A stretch of 64,000 nt of DNA from an uncultured Gammaproteobacteria bacterium. GTDB taxonomy: Bacteria > Pseudomonadota > Gammaproteobacteria > CAWCPV01. Positions 10,902 to 21,914 of the stretch are shown piece by piece (position 1 is the first letter of the stretch; every line of letters starts with the position of its first letter). The translations under genes and the position numbers were made by a program. The notes under the pieces were generated by a model. The model worked only from the letters and a program-made list of their open reading frames with translations. It did no database searches and was not told the DNA's origin. The DNA lies in NCBI GenBank assembly GCA_963797555.1, contig CAWCPV010000007.1:256001-320000 (forward strand). The letters run 5' to 3'.

Positions 10902-11615
10902 TCAGCTCGGGCTAGCGACTGCGCCACCGCCGTTGCCGAACGGGGACTCTCCCTCAGGCCCTTGCCCGGAGACTACGCCCGGGATTCCGGACTCGCACTG
11001 GCACTGGGCGTCCACGTGCAGCAGTCCCGTCTTCGCATCCAGAGTCAACGTGACGCCTTGTCCGACAGGCACGTCCCAGACCAGCTTGTCCCCGATTCGC
11101 AGGATCACTGCATCTTGCAGGACGCATAGGTGGAATGTGGAGTGCTCCGCGTCGTAATGGACTTCGCCCTCTGTGCCCCTTATCCCGATAGTGGCGACGG
11201 GTGTCTGATAGGCCACCTTCTCGGGGTTGCGCTTGCCTATGAAGCCGGTCAGGAACCGAAAGGCGCCACGGAAGAGATAGAGGCTGCTGTCGTCCTCCGC
11301 CGGCGCAGACTCCTGATACCTGAAGGCACTGATCTTCAGGCGGGTATTCTCGATGACGGTATACCTGGACTGGTCCGCCATAGCGATGCGCAGCATTGCC
11401 CCCTGCGCGGTCTCGATGGTATCCCCGCTGTATAGGGCGCTGCCCGCCTGGAGTTGGCGCGTCGTGCCGTCCGGGGCGGTGGCCGTCGCGGCTCCGGTGA
11501 TGTCCGAGACGACGCCCGCCTTAACGCCCGCTGCGGCCGTCTGCGCATGGACCTGAGCTACGAGAAGCATAGACAACAGGAACGAGCCCAGGAGTCGAAC
11601 CAAGTGCTTTGTCAT
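10902..11615 (-). CDS. Secreted FecR-domain protein
   Basis: Signal peptide; LYSGDTIET, GAFRFLTG, TPVATIGIRGT. Confidence 0.82.
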   Translation of the reverse strand: MTKHLVRLLGSFLLSMLLVAQVHAQTAAAGVKAGVVSDITGAATATAPDGTTRQLQAGSALYSGDTIETAQGAMLRIAMADQSRYTVIENTRLKISAFRYQESAPAEDDSSLYLFRGAFRFLTGFIGKRNPEKVAYQTPVATIGIRGTEGEVHYDAEHSTFHLCVLQDAVILRIGDKLVWDVPVGQGVTLTLDAKTGLLHVDAQCQCESGIPGVVSGQGPEGESPFGNGGGAVASPS

Positions 11616-11638
11616 GATCGCTAGTCCTCGAGGAAACG

Positions 11639-12127
11639 TTACTCGGCTGCAGCGGGGTTTCCGCTGTAAGAAAGCTCACCCTCGGTGCCTCTTATGCCGA
11701 TGGTGGCGAGTGGCGTCTGGTAGGAAACCTTGTCGGGATTGCGTTTTCCGATGAGGCCGGTCAAAAACCGGAAGGCGCCTCGGAACAGATAGAAGCTACT
11801 GCTGTCCTCCGCCGGTGCAGACTCCTGATACCTGAAATCACTGATCTTGAGGCGGGTGTTCTCCGTGACGGTATACCTGGAATGGTCCACCATGGCGATG
11901 CGCAGCATTGCCCCCTTGGCGGTCTGGAGCGTGTCCCCGCTGTACAGAGGACCCCCGAAGGTGAGTTCGCGGACCGTGCCATCCGGAGCGGTCGCCGTCG
12001 CGGTTCCGCTGATGTCCGAGATCCTCCCTGCCTTCTCCCGCGGTGCGGGCGTCTGCGCCGGTGTCTGCCCCGCGAGCAGCAAGAGTAGCAGAGGCGGGGC
12101 CAAGAAAGTCATGGAGTGCCTTGTCAT
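11639..12127 (-). CDS. Secreted FecR-domain protein (shorter paralog)
   Basis: Signal peptide; core nearly identical to 10902-11615; GGAGG RBS. Confidence 0.8.
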   Translation of the reverse strand: MTRHSMTFLAPPLLLLLLAGQTPAQTPAPREKAGRISDISGTATATAPDGTVRELTFGGPLYSGDTLQTAKGAMLRIAMVDHSRYTVTENTRLKISDFRYQESAPAEDSSSFYLFRGAFRFLTGLIGKRNPDKVSYQTPLATIGIRGTEGELSYSGNPAAAE

Positions 12128-12193
12128 GATCGGTGTCCTCCCCAAGGATGGCCGGGTCGCATGCCGGGACGATCCGCGCTCTGCGCGGTGGCT

Positions 12194-14428
12194 CTACTTG
12201 CTGGTGAACACAAAGGTTCCGTCCCAATCAGCTGCCGGCGGGTTCGCGTGGAAGTATGCTACCCGGTCCAGGTACATCCGGTAAAGGCGGCACTCGGGGG
12301 TCTGCTCGTGCAAGGTGCGGAAGGCCTGGCTGGCGCTGTCCCAGTCGCGCGCCCTGTAACGCTGCAGCGCCTCCTCGTAGAGTGTCAGCTCCTCCTGCCT
12401 GGCTGCGTCGACGGCGTTCTCGGGTCCTATCGGCTCGAAGACCCGGGTAGGTTTGTCGCGGCCCTTGACCCGGACTTGGTCCACCTCTCGGAACACAAAA
12501 CCGGCAACTTGGCTGCGCGTGCTCTCGGTCAGCATCACGTCGACGCCGTATTGCCGGGTCAACCCTTCGATCCGCGAGCCCAGGTTGACGGCATCCCCCA
12601 GCACCGTATAGGCCATGCGGAACTTCGAGCCCATGTTGCCCACGCTCATGACGCCGGTGTTGATACCGACGCCCATCCGTAAGGCCGGCCAACCTCGTTC
12701 CCGAAACATGGGCTGCAGGTTTCGAATCTCTGTTTCGAGGTCCAGTGCGGCCTCCAGAGCGTGCTGCGCGTGGTCCGAGTCGGCCAACGGAGCCCCCCAG
12801 AAGGCCATGATCGCGTCACCCATGTACTTATCGATGGTGCCGCGGTGGCGATGAATCACCCTCGTCAGCGGCGTGAGCATGTCGTTCATGAGACGCGACA
12901 ACTCGTGCGGCTCCAGCGTCTCCGACATGGTGGTGAAGCCCCAGACGTCGGTGAACAGCACGGTCATCTGCCGGCTGTCGCCCGCCATGCCGAACTGCTT
13001 CGGAGACCTGCTCATCTCCTCCACTAATTCTGGCGGCACATATTGGCCGAAAAGGCGCGACATGACCCGTTTGGCGCGGGACTCCGCGAAATAGCCGTAG
13101 GACATGTTGAGCAGGAACAGAGAGAGCACGAGCATCAGCGGTGCGGCGACCGGCAGAGCGACGTTGGCTGCTTGCCAGAGAGCCAGATTGGATGCGGCAA
13201 TGCCCGCCAGCAGGGCGAGGCTGAACACAGCGGCAGCAATGGCCTTCAGGAAAGGCAGCAGCAGCGTGGCGAGCAGGCCGACGGCCGTCAGGATCGCGAT
13301 CTGCGCCCCCACCAGATAGGCGGGCCGCTCCTTCAGCCGTCCGTCCAGGATGGCGCTGATCATGTTGGCATGGATCTCGACTCCGGGATACACGCTCTGC
13401 ACCGGTGTCGAGCGCAGATCCATCAGGCCGGGCGCGGAGGTTCCGAACAGCACGATGGCGCCCTCCAGCAAGCTGCGATCCGCCGCCCCGGTCAGCACGT
13501 CGACGGCGGAGACGTAAGGAAAGCTACCTTGTGGGCCGCGGTAGGGGATAAGGGTGGCCGCCTGATCATCCACCGGGATGCGACGGTTACCCACCCTCAA
13601 GGCCTCCAGGCCGGAGTAGCCTTGATCGGCCCCGAGTCCTCGCGCGAGGACCGGCACCACCGCCTCTCCCCCCAAGAGCAGCCGGGCCACCGCCAGGGAA
13701 AGGGATTGATACAGGCCGCCCTTGTACTCCACCAACATGGGTATGCGCCGCACTACGCCATCTCCGTCCACCAGCGGGATGAAGTGGCCCGCCGAGAGCG
13801 CGTTGCTCTGCAGTTCGGGCAGATTGGCGCCGTAGCCGTCTGCGCGGATGAATGGAATCGGCAAGCCGGCAAAGTCGGTGAGGCTGAGGGTTGGAGGCGG
13901 CAGCTCGCCGACGGTGTGCCCTTCGGGGCCAGCGCCGGGCTCGCGCAGATCGAAGTAATACCCCAGTGCAACCGCCCTCCCCCTGAGGCAGGCCGCGAAG
14001 ATCCGGTCCCGGTCCAGGGTCGGCTGCAGGGACTTGAACACTCGCTGAAATGCGTCATCTCCACGCAATTGGTCGCGAGCCAACTGGTCGAAGACCTTGA
14101 TGCCCGAGCTCTCGTCGCGCTCCGCGAACACCACGTCCATTCCCAGCACGGCGATCTTGTAGTCGTCGAACAGCCGGTCCACGAGCCGTGCCAGACGGTC
14201 CCGCGGCCATGGCCAGTGTCCTTCGATGGCGAGGCTCTTCTCGTCGACATCGACGATCACGATGCGGCGGTCCTGTCCGCCCGGCATGGTGAGACGCAGC
14301 CGGATGTCGTAGGCAATATCGTCCAGGCGCCGCAGGACATCCCAGCGCACGTAGCCGGCTGCGTACATGAGGAATGAGGTCACGACCAGCAGCCCGAGCA
14401 GGATGCGGATGACCTGATGTTTCCACAC
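12194..14428 (-). CDS. CHASE2-domain adenylate/guanylate cyclase
   Basis: CHASE2 (IVDVDEKSL..GHWPWPR, DGDGVVRR, PGVEIHAN), 3 TM helices, class III cyclase (LFTDVWGFT, DKYMGDAIMAFWGAP, GDAVNLGSRIEG); GTG start assumed. Confidence 0.92.
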   Translation of the reverse strand: MWKHQVIRILLGLLVVTSFLMYAAGYVRWDVLRRLDDIAYDIRLRLTMPGGQDRRIVIVDVDEKSLAIEGHWPWPRDRLARLVDRLFDDYKIAVLGMDVVFAERDESSGIKVFDQLARDQLRGDDAFQRVFKSLQPTLDRDRIFAACLRGRAVALGYYFDLREPGAGPEGHTVGELPPPTLSLTDFAGLPIPFIRADGYGANLPELQSNALSAGHFIPLVDGDGVVRRIPMLVEYKGGLYQSLSLAVARLLLGGEAVVPVLARGLGADQGYSGLEALRVGNRRIPVDDQAATLIPYRGPQGSFPYVSAVDVLTGAADRSLLEGAIVLFGTSAPGLMDLRSTPVQSVYPGVEIHANMISAILDGRLKERPAYLVGAQIAILTAVGLLATLLLPFLKAIAAAVFSLALLAGIAASNLALWQAANVALPVAAPLMLVLSLFLLNMSYGYFAESRAKRVMSRLFGQYVPPELVEEMSRSPKQFGMAGDSRQMTVLFTDVWGFTTMSETLEPHELSRLMNDMLTPLTRVIHRHRGTIDKYMGDAIMAFWGAPLADSDHAQHALEAALDLETEIRNLQPMFRERGWPALRMGVGINTGVMSVGNMGSKFRMAYTVLGDAVNLGSRIEGLTRQYGVDVMLTESTRSQVAGFVFREVDQVRVKGRDKPTRVFEPIGPENAVDAARQEELTLYEEALQRYRARDWDSASQAFRTLHEQTPECRLYRMYLDRVAYFHANPPAADWDGTFVFTSK

Positions 14429-14443
14429 GTGCGAGGTCCCTGA

Positions 14444-14730
14444 GAGCTTGTGAATAAAGTCGGTGATGCGCCCCGAGAGCTGCGTTGCGCGGCGTTCATG
14501 GCGTACCTCCCTGTACGCCACCTTTTTGGGGCGTCCTGCGGACGTGCCGCATGGCTATCCTGCCATTCGGTCATGGTCTACTCCCTGTACGCCACCCTTT
14601 GGGGCGTCCTGCGGACGTGGCGAATGGCTATCCGACCATTCGGTCGCTCCTCGCCTGGCCACTCGGTAGGCATCGTTCGTTGCGCGCAGCCTTGCTCTCG
14701 CGCCGCTAGCGACGATGTCTACAGTAGCGC
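14444..14730 (+). mobile_element. MITE copy C with two nested ~75-bp units
   Basis: TGA + gagcttgtgaataaa left end; degenerate right end (ccttgctctcg..cgacgat); tandem units at 14497-14571 and 14572-14644. Confidence 0.72.
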
Positions 14731-15174
14731 CGACTGTTGCCGGCGGCGCGACCGCGAGATGACGTATCCGCGGGCCGGTGCCGTCCGGGCGCTCGACGCC
14801 ACCCCGCTGTACGGCGCCGTCGCCTACCCTTAGGCCGCGCACCGTCCACCCTGGTTTAGCGCATCGACAAGCTGCGAATGATAGCACGCATTGGGCCGTG
14901 GTCCGCCAAGCTGGCGAACACGCGCAGCCTCAGTTCGCGCCCCAACTCCCCTGCAGGCGCGGCTGCTGCGCATGCCTTCTTCCGCGACGGGTTGCTCCTG
15001 AGCAGGCGTTACGCAGCAGTTGGTGCGTGCACCAACACACTCGGCGTGCCGCGCTTGCCGCACACCGACTACCTCGTTGACAACGGTCCGCCCGACGAGG
15101 GCGAGTCGACGGCGGCGCCGCCCGGTTGGCTTCTGAGCTGCCCTGCTGCACCATGCGGGGGTAGAGACTTGCAG

Positions 15175-16641
15175 TCAGCGCCGGCCCCCGAGGAGCGATC
15201 CCAGGACCCCGCGGATAATCTGCCGACCGATCTGGGAGCCGATTGCCCGCGCCGTGCTCTTGGCAAATGCCTCCAGCATGGACTCGCGGCCACGCCCTGC
15301 GCTGCGCCCGGCCGCCTCGCGGCTCGGGGGCCCCGCAGGCTCGGGCGGGGGGGTGGTCGCCTGGGCTGCTCGGGTCTTGAGAATCTCGTAGGCGGATTCC
15401 CGATCGACCTCCTTCTCGTAAGTGCCGTAAACCACTGACTCTCGTATCAACTGGACGCGCTGCTGCGCCGTGATGGGTCCGATCTGGCCGCGCGGCGGGC
15501 AAATCAGTACCCGCTCGACCATGCCAGGGTGTCCAGCCTCGTCCAGAGTGGAAGCGAGGGCCTCCCCGACCCCCAGTTGGGTGATGACCGTTGCGGTGTC
15601 CAGCTTGGGGTTGGGGCGAAAGGTCTGCGCGGCGGTTCGAACCGCTTTTTGGTCGCGAGGTGTGTAGGCGCGTAGGGCGTGCTGTATCCGGTTTCCCAGT
15701 TGGCCCAACACGGGATCGGGGATGTCCAGTGGGCTCTGGCTTACGAAGTAGACGCCCACCCCCTTGGAGCGGATGAGACGCACCACCTGCTCGATCTTGT
15801 CCATCAGCGCCCCGGAGGCGTCGTCGAAGAGCAGATGAGCCTCATCGAAGAACAAGACCAGCTTGGGCTGGTCCCGATCGCCCACTTCCGGCAGACGCTC
15901 GAACAGCTCTGCCAGCAGCCATAGGAGAAATGTGGAGTACAGCTTCGGAGCACGGAACAGCTTGTCCGCGGCCAGGATGTTGACCACGCCGCGACCCCCT
16001 TGAGCCGTCTGCAGCAGGTCATCGAGCGACAACGCCGGCTCCCCGAACAGCCGCGTGCCTCCTTGCTCCTCCAGCTCCAGGAGTCCACGCTGGATGGACC
16101 CTACGCTCGCCGACGAGATGTTGCCGTATGTGGTCTGGAGGGTGCTCCGGTTCTCCGCCACGAACTGCAGCATGGCCCGCAGGTCCTTCATGTCGAGGAG
16201 CAGCCAGCCGTGGTCGTCGGCCACCCGAAAGGTCAGAGTCAGGACGCCCTGCTGGGTGTCGTTGATGCCGAGCAGCCGACCCAGTAGCAATGGACCCATG
16301 TCGGATATCGTCGTGCGCACCGGGTGCCCTTGGTCTCCGAAGACGTCCCAGAAGGTAACGGGAGTGCCTTCGAAGCGGAAATCTCCCAGGCCCAAACGCT
16401 CCACCCGTTCGGCTATCTTCGGGTGCTCTGCGCCCGGCTGGCTGATGCCGGACAGATCGCCCTTGACGTCCGCCATGAAAACTGGCACCCCGATGCGTGA
16501 GAAGCCTTCCGCCAAGACTTGGAGAGAGACGGTCTTGCCGGTTCCTGTGGCGCCAGCGATGAGACCGTGGCGATTGGCCATACGCGGCAGCAGGAAGACT
16601 GGAGACTCTCCCACGCCAACGAGAATGGGCTCAGTAGTCAT
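15175..16641 (-). CDS. HerA-like ATPase (DUF853/YjgR family)
   Basis: [41 protein letters not shown]. Confidence 0.92.
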   Translation of the reverse strand: MTTEPILVGVGESPVFLLPRMANRHGLIAGATGTGKTVSLQVLAEGFSRIGVPVFMADVKGDLSGISQPGAEHPKIAERVERLGLGDFRFEGTPVTFWDVFGDQGHPVRTTISDMGPLLLGRLLGINDTQQGVLTLTFRVADDHGWLLLDMKDLRAMLQFVAENRSTLQTTYGNISSASVGSIQRGLLELEEQGGTRLFGEPALSLDDLLQTAQGGRGVVNILAADKLFRAPKLYSTFLLWLLAELFERLPEVGDRDQPKLVLFFDEAHLLFDDASGALMDKIEQVVRLIRSKGVGVYFVSQSPLDIPDPVLGQLGNRIQHALRAYTPRDQKAVRTAAQTFRPNPKLDTATVITQLGVGEALASTLDEAGHPGMVERVLICPPRGQIGPITAQQRVQLIRESVVYGTYEKEVDRESAYEILKTRAAQATTPPPEPAGPPSREAAGRSAGRGRESMLEAFAKSTARAIGSQIGRQIIRGVLGSLLGGRR

Positions 16642-16786
16642 GCAGCGGTGTCTCCTGTGCTGGTGGGGTCGGGCTGAAGTATGAATGATCTACGCCACTT
16701 GGTGAGAATGCCAAGTGGGGACACAACGGTCGCGGCGCCTTGACTATACTGTGCGCGTTGATAGCCGTCGAGGAGGTGAAAGGGCC

Positions 16787-17242
16787 GTGTCAGCGCTCCT
16801 GTGCAGGCTGAGTAAAACACTGTGGTGGGTGCCCTTCGGGCGCGTTCCCGAGATCAAGGCTGCGGAACTGCACGCTCGGCTGAATGGGCCGTCGCCGCCT
16901 CAGCTCCTGGATGTGCGCACGACTCTGGAGTGGAGGAAGAGCCGCATTGCCGGAGCGGTCCATGTCCCCATCACCAAGCTGCGCCGTCGGCTCGACGGCC
17001 TTGGCCTCGACCCCAAGCGCCCCATCGTTGCCATTTGTCTCACGGGGCACCGGAGCGTTCCGGCAGTGCGCCTGCTGCACAGCCAGGGCTTCGCCGAAGC
17101 GGTGCACCTTGCAGGTGGCATGACGGCGTGGTGGAGGGACGAGCTTCCCAGTGACGGGGGCGATCCGGGGTCAGGCCCTGAGCCGGCCCATAGGGTGCGA
17201 GGCCAGCTCCCAGCAGACCGTCATGACCATGGATCCTCATGA
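16787..17242 (+). CDS. Rhodanese-like protein
   Basis: LLDVRT..EW, IAGAVHVP, ICLTGHRS, LAGGMTAW; GGAGG RBS. Confidence 0.85.
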   Translation: MSALLCRLSKTLWWVPFGRVPEIKAAELHARLNGPSPPQLLDVRTTLEWRKSRIAGAVHVPITKLRRRLDGLGLDPKRPIVAICLTGHRSVPAVRLLHSQGFAEAVHLAGGMTAWWRDELPSDGGDPGSGPEPAHRVRGQLPADRHDHGSS

Positions 17243-18077
17243 CCCATCCGTTCAGAGCACGCTGTTTCCGTTCGCATTCTCCCTGGCCTCGACGGGTGCA
17301 ATCCGGCTGGTAGGCGGCCGCCGGCAGGGACGCCAGCTCGCCAATGCGGCCGTGAGCATCGCCTTTCTCGGGGTGGTACCGATCGTCCTCGGGCTGCCCG
17401 CGTTCCCGCCAAGCGCCTCGTTGGACAAGCTGCCGTATATCGTCGGGATGGGCCTGTTCCTCGGCACGCTCCTGGACCTGCGCCCGCCCCCGAGGTGGGC
17501 GAGCGTCCTGCTCATCGCGCTGTGGCCGGCGCTCGCCCTGGCATGGGTGACGGCACCGGAGTGGCGAGTCCCCGACGAGACCGTCCTCTGCGAGGTGGGA
17601 CTGCTGTACCTCGGTGCCGTGGCGATCCTGTTCCGCGTTTACCGCCAGAGGGATGGGCTGGCGCCCTCGCTGATGGTATTCAGTGCCGGGCTGGGTTTGG
17701 GAGGTGTGGCCTGGTTGGCGGCAGCGGTCTCGTTGGCACAGCTGGCCTTCGCCCTGGCGGCGGCTGCGGCCGGCTTCATTCTGTGGAACTGGCCTGTCGT
17801 CCGCTACCCGTTCGGGAATAGCGCTCTACTCGCCGGCGCCGGCTCACTGCCGCTGTTGGGCGCGGAGACGCTTCTGCATACCCGCGCGAGTCCAGTGGCG
17901 CTCGCGGTGATCTTGCTGGTCTTCTTTGCGGACGTGTTGGCCCGCCCGATGGCTGTCCGCGGCGGGCGTGGGCGTGCGAGGGGACCCCTGTACCTGACGA
18001 TGCTCTGTTTGGTGCCTGCTGTGCTGGCCATTGGCCTCGCTTACGCCGAACGCCGGGGAGTCCGGGTCCTGCGATAG
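17229..18077 (+). CDS. Hypothetical multi-pass membrane protein
   Basis: Long hydrophobic ORF with ~9 TM segments following the rhodanese gene. Confidence 0.7.
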   Translation: MDPHDPSVQSTLFPFAFSLASTGAIRLVGGRRQGRQLANAAVSIAFLGVVPIVLGLPAFPPSASLDKLPYIVGMGLFLGTLLDLRPPPRWASVLLIALWPALALAWVTAPEWRVPDETVLCEVGLLYLGAVAILFRVYRQRDGLAPSLMVFSAGLGLGGVAWLAAAVSLAQLAFALAAAAAGFILWNWPVVRYPFGNSALLAGAGSLPLLGAETLLHTRASPVALAVILLVFFADVLARPMAVRGGRGRARGPLYLTMLCLVPAVLAIGLAYAERRGVRVLR

Positions 18078-18380
18078 TGCTAGCCGACGGGCAGGGAAGC
18101 GGCCCGCGTGGCCGGCCGCCGCTGGAGTGTGGGCCGCGGCCTCCGGGAACCCCCGGGTGCGGGGTCTGCACCCGTCCGCCGAAGGCGCTGTCAGAGAATC
18201 GCCTCACGAGCTTCACGATCTGGTCATGCCCGGGCGGCACGGCAGCGTGTGCCGGGACACGGAAGGACCGGGACTCCCCCTGTTTGACGAGCGGGTGAGG
18301 ATGGCCTTACGCTGTTGCCGCCGGTTCCCGACGGGGCCGGCGGGCAAGCTACTGGTGGTCAATATTCAGGGGAGGCAACT

Positions 18381-18632
18381 ATGGCCCGAAGCACCAAGAA
18401 GGTATCCCGTGAGATCCCTGCCGTCGCCCCCACACGGCGGGACAAGGCCCCGAGTCCCATAATGGCGCCGAGCGCGGTCAGCGCAGTGCTCACGGACGAC
18501 CAGCGTCGTCGCATGATTGCGGAGGCGGCCTATTATCGGGCCGAGCGCCGTGGTTTCATCGGCGGCAGCCCGGAACAGGATTGGATTGAAGCGGAGGCCG
18601 AGATCGATCGGGTGCTGCAGCCCATCCCTTGA
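18381..18632 (+). CDS. DUF2934-family small protein
   Basis: MIAEAAYYRAERRGF...QDWIEAEAEI; GGAGG RBS. Confidence 0.85.
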   Translation: MARSTKKVSREIPAVAPTRRDKAPSPIMAPSAVSAVLTDDQRRRMIAEAAYYRAERRGFIGGSPEQDWIEAEAEIDRVLQPIP

Positions 18633-18863
18633 TCCCATCGGGACGGGCAGGCCGCTCGGCTCCCTGACCGGCGGACGGGACGCGGCGAGGTCGGCCCACC
18701 GGCTTGCGAGCGGGTGCGCACCCCATCGGCCGAGGGCCGTGAGCGCCGGTGCCGGCGCTAGAAATGTATCCCGGCCGCAGGTAGGAGCCAGGCTATTCGG
18801 ACCTTCCAGCCACGGAAGCACAGTCCCGGAGCCGGCTGGCGCCGCATGCGCGGCGGACGGAGA

Positions 18864-21320
18864 TCAATCCGCGGAGGCGCGCAAGGCGTCCGGAAGACCT
18901 TCCGTCGCGTCCTCGAACGCGGCGGCCACGGCATGGTCCACGTTCTCCAGCCAGACGAAGCGGAGCTTTTCTCTCGCTGCCTGCGGAATGTCCTCGAAGT
19001 CCTTGCGGTTGCGGGCCGGAAGCAGGACGGTTCCGATGCCCGCACGCGCTGCTGCGACCATCTTCTCCTTGATGCCGCCCACCGGCAGGACGAGCCCGCG
19101 CAGGCTGATCTCCCCGGTCATGGCGGCATCCGTGTTGACAGTCTTGCCCGTCAACAAGGAGACCAGCGCGATGAACATCGCGACCCCTGCGCTGGGACCG
19201 TCCTTCGGGATGGCGCCGGCGGGTACGTGGATGTGGATGTCGCTCTTCTCGAAGATGTCTTCGGCCAGCCCGAGGCTGCCCGCCCGTGACTTGATCAGGC
19301 TCAAGGCGGCCTGTGCGCTCTCCTTCATGACATCGCCTAGCTGCCCGGTGAGGATCAGCTTGCCGCTGCCGGGTACGCGGCTCGCCTCGACGAACAGGAT
19401 GTCGCCGCCCGCGGGCGTCCAGGCTAGCCCGGTGGCCACCCCGGGGACGCTGGTGCGCATCGCCACCTCGCTCTCGAACTTCTTGGACCCGAGAATGGCG
19501 TGAAGGTCGTCGGCGTCGACACGGATGGTCTCCACGCCACCCTCGGCAATGCGCATGGCGACGTGGCGGAACACGTTGCCGATCTCCCGCTCCAAATTGC
19601 GCACACCCGCCTCGCGCGTATAGTCGCGCACGATGACCCGCAAAGCCTCGTCGCTCAGCTCGCATAGCTCGGACTTCAAGCCGTTGGCCTCTAGCTGCCG
19701 GTGTACCAGATAGCGGCGCGCGATCTGGACCTTTTCGTCCTCGGTATAGCCGGGCAGGTCGATGACCTCCATACGGTCGCGCAGAGCACCCGGAATAGTG
19801 TCCAGCACGTTGGCCGTGCCGATGAACATCACCTTGCTGAGATCGAAGGCAACCGCGAGATAGTTGTCGCGGAAGGTGGCGTTCTGCTCGGGATCCAGGA
19901 CCTCCAACAGGGCGGACGAGGGGTCGCCGTGGAAGCCCACGCCCAGCTTGTCCATTTCGTCCAGCATGAACACCGGGTTGCGCGTCGCCGCCTTACGGAT
20001 CGCCTGGATGATGTTGCCCGGCAAGGCCCCCACATAGGTGCGCCGATGCCCGCGGATCTCCGCCTCGTCATGCACGCCCCCGAGGCTGGCCCGCACGAAC
20101 TTCCGGCCCATCGCTCTGGCGATGCTCTGACCCAGTGAGGTCTTGCCGACGCCAGGGGGACCGACGAAACACAGGATGGGGCTGCGGCCTCCCGGGTTGA
20201 GCTTGCGCACCGCCAGGTACTCCAAGATACGCCGCTTGACCTTGTCCAGCCCGTAATGGTCTTCTTCCAGGATGCGGCGAGCCTCTGCGATGTCGATGCG
20301 GTCCTCGGTGTTCACGGACCACGGCAGCGCGGTCAACCAGTCAAGATAAGTACGTACCATCGAGTACTCGGCCGCCCCCTCGGGCATCCGCTCCAGTCGC
20401 GCGAGCTCTTTCGTCGCCTGCTCCTCGGCCTCCGCCGGCATCTTCGCGTCGGCGATGGCCTGCTTGATCTCGTCGATCTCCAGCGTCTTGCTGTCGGCCT
20501 CCCCCAGCTCCTTCTGGATGGTTCGTAGCTGCTCTCGGAGCAAGTACTCGCGCTGCCGCTCGTCCACGGCCTTCTTGGTCTGTTTGCTGATCTCCTCCTG
20601 CAGACGCAGCACCGCCAGTCGGTGAGCCAAGCGCTCCAGAACCCTGTCGAGACGCTCCTGCACATCGAAGGTTTCGAGGACCTCCTGTTTCTCCGGCGCC
20701 CTCAGGTCCATGAAGCTCGCCACCAAGTCGGCCAGCGCTGACGGCGAATCCGTCGCCTCGATGGCCTGAGCAAGCTCCGGGGGCGCCTGGGGCAACAGTT
20801 CCAGAGACTCCTGGGCCTCCCGCTTGAGCTGCCGCATGCGCGCCTCGACCGCCTCGGTATACACCTCGGCACGGGGAATGCGCTCCACGCGTGCGACTAG
20901 AAACGGGTACCCGTCCAAGAACTCCTGTACGCGAAATCGTTGCTGGCCTTGGCAGATGAGATGGTGCTCCCCGTCGGCACCGGTAACGTAGCGTAGGATG
21001 TTGGCCTCCGTTCCTACCGAGTAGAGGTCCTCGGGCGTGGGACCCTCCACCGCTGAGTCTCGCTGCAGAAGCACGCCGATGGACTGCTCGCGTCTGGCGG
21101 CCTCCTGGGCTGCGGCAATGGAGCGTTTGCGTCCCAAGGTGAGCGGCACCACCATGCCGGGGAACAGCACGACGCCGCGCACCGGCACGATGATGAGGCC
21201 ATCCTCGGGCAGGGGCGGAAGAAGGCTAGCTTCCTGCGGAACGTCCCCGCCGCTGCCTTGGGGGCGCTCGGCCTCGGCACGCAGTTCTTGCCTCGTCCAT
21301 TGGTCCACGGCCATGGGCAA
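18864..21320 (-). CDS. lon: ATP-dependent Lon protease
   Basis: LON N-domain, GPPGVGKTS, LDEMDK, PKDGPSAG, VGGIKEK. Confidence 0.96.
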   Translation of the reverse strand: MPMAVDQWTRQELRAEAERPQGSGGDVPQEASLLPPLPEDGLIIVPVRGVVLFPGMVVPLTLGRKRSIAAAQEAARREQSIGVLLQRDSAVEGPTPEDLYSVGTEANILRYVTGADGEHHLICQGQQRFRVQEFLDGYPFLVARVERIPRAEVYTEAVEARMRQLKREAQESLELLPQAPPELAQAIEATDSPSALADLVASFMDLRAPEKQEVLETFDVQERLDRVLERLAHRLAVLRLQEEISKQTKKAVDERQREYLLREQLRTIQKELGEADSKTLEIDEIKQAIADAKMPAEAEEQATKELARLERMPEGAAEYSMVRTYLDWLTALPWSVNTEDRIDIAEARRILEEDHYGLDKVKRRILEYLAVRKLNPGGRSPILCFVGPPGVGKTSLGQSIARAMGRKFVRASLGGVHDEAEIRGHRRTYVGALPGNIIQAIRKAATRNPVFMLDEMDKLGVGFHGDPSSALLEVLDPEQNATFRDNYLAVAFDLSKVMFIGTANVLDTIPGALRDRMEVIDLPGYTEDEKVQIARRYLVHRQLEANGLKSELCELSDEALRVIVRDYTREAGVRNLEREIGNVFRHVAMRIAEGGVETIRVDADDLHAILGSKKFESEVAMRTSVPGVATGLAWTPAGGDILFVEASRVPGSGKLILTGQLGDVMKESAQAALSLIKSRAGSLGLAEDIFEKSDIHIHVPAGAIPKDGPSAGVAMFIALVSLLTGKTVNTDAAMTGEISLRGLVLPVGGIKEKMVAAARAGIGTVLLPARNRKDFEDIPQAAREKLRFVWLENVDHAVAAAFEDATEGLPDALRASAD

Positions 21321-21326
21321 TTTTTC

Positions 21327-21734
21327 CTAGGCTAGACGCAGGAGTCTGAGGAGCAGGCACCCATCCGCGACCTCCTGGCGATCGAACTCAAACCTTCCCG
21401 GCGGCAACTCGATGCGGCGTTCGAATCGGCCATACGGGATCTCGAGACGATGGATGGTGCCGGATCGGGCCTCCAGTGACATGGGGCGCTCGCCCGCCAC
21501 GATCAAGGTGCCATTTTCGATGCCGATGTAGATATGAGGGGGGGTTACGCCGGGCAGCGCCACGATCACCGATAGCCCGCGCGCGCTCTCGAAGATGTCC
21601 ACGGGCGGTTCCCAGGTCGGTCCACGTGCGGCCGAGACGCCCAGTTGGAAGAAGCGGCGGTGGAGCCGCTCCGCGCGCTCCACCAGATCGCAAGCCTCGA
21701 GCCACATCCAAGTGACGGGATCGCGTGTCGTCAT
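21327..21734 (-). CDS. Hsp20 small heat-shock protein
   Basis: WEPPVDIFE, LPGV, EIPYGRFERRIELP, DGCL. Confidence 0.88.
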   Translation of the reverse strand: MTTRDPVTWMWLEACDLVERAERLHRRFFQLGVSAARGPTWEPPVDIFESARGLSVIVALPGVTPPHIYIGIENGTLIVAGERPMSLEARSGTIHRLEIPYGRFERRIELPPGRFEFDRQEVADGCLLLRLLRLA

Positions 21735-21914
21735 CGGGTCCTCTTAGGCGCTGAGTCGCTATTCAGAGCAGATGTATAGGGTATGCGCGCCCGCCCGCAG
21801 GGGCAAGCTGCGCGCGTCTCACGCGCTTCTGGCCCAGGCTCGCCGGAGATCCGCTTGGGGTGTCGCTCTCCCTGCGGTGTCGGCGGACGACCCGAGCCAG
21901 CGGCCCAGGCCTCA

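Noticed and set aside
14497-14644. CRISPR array
   Set aside because: Adjacent ~75-bp units with no unique spacers and no cas genes
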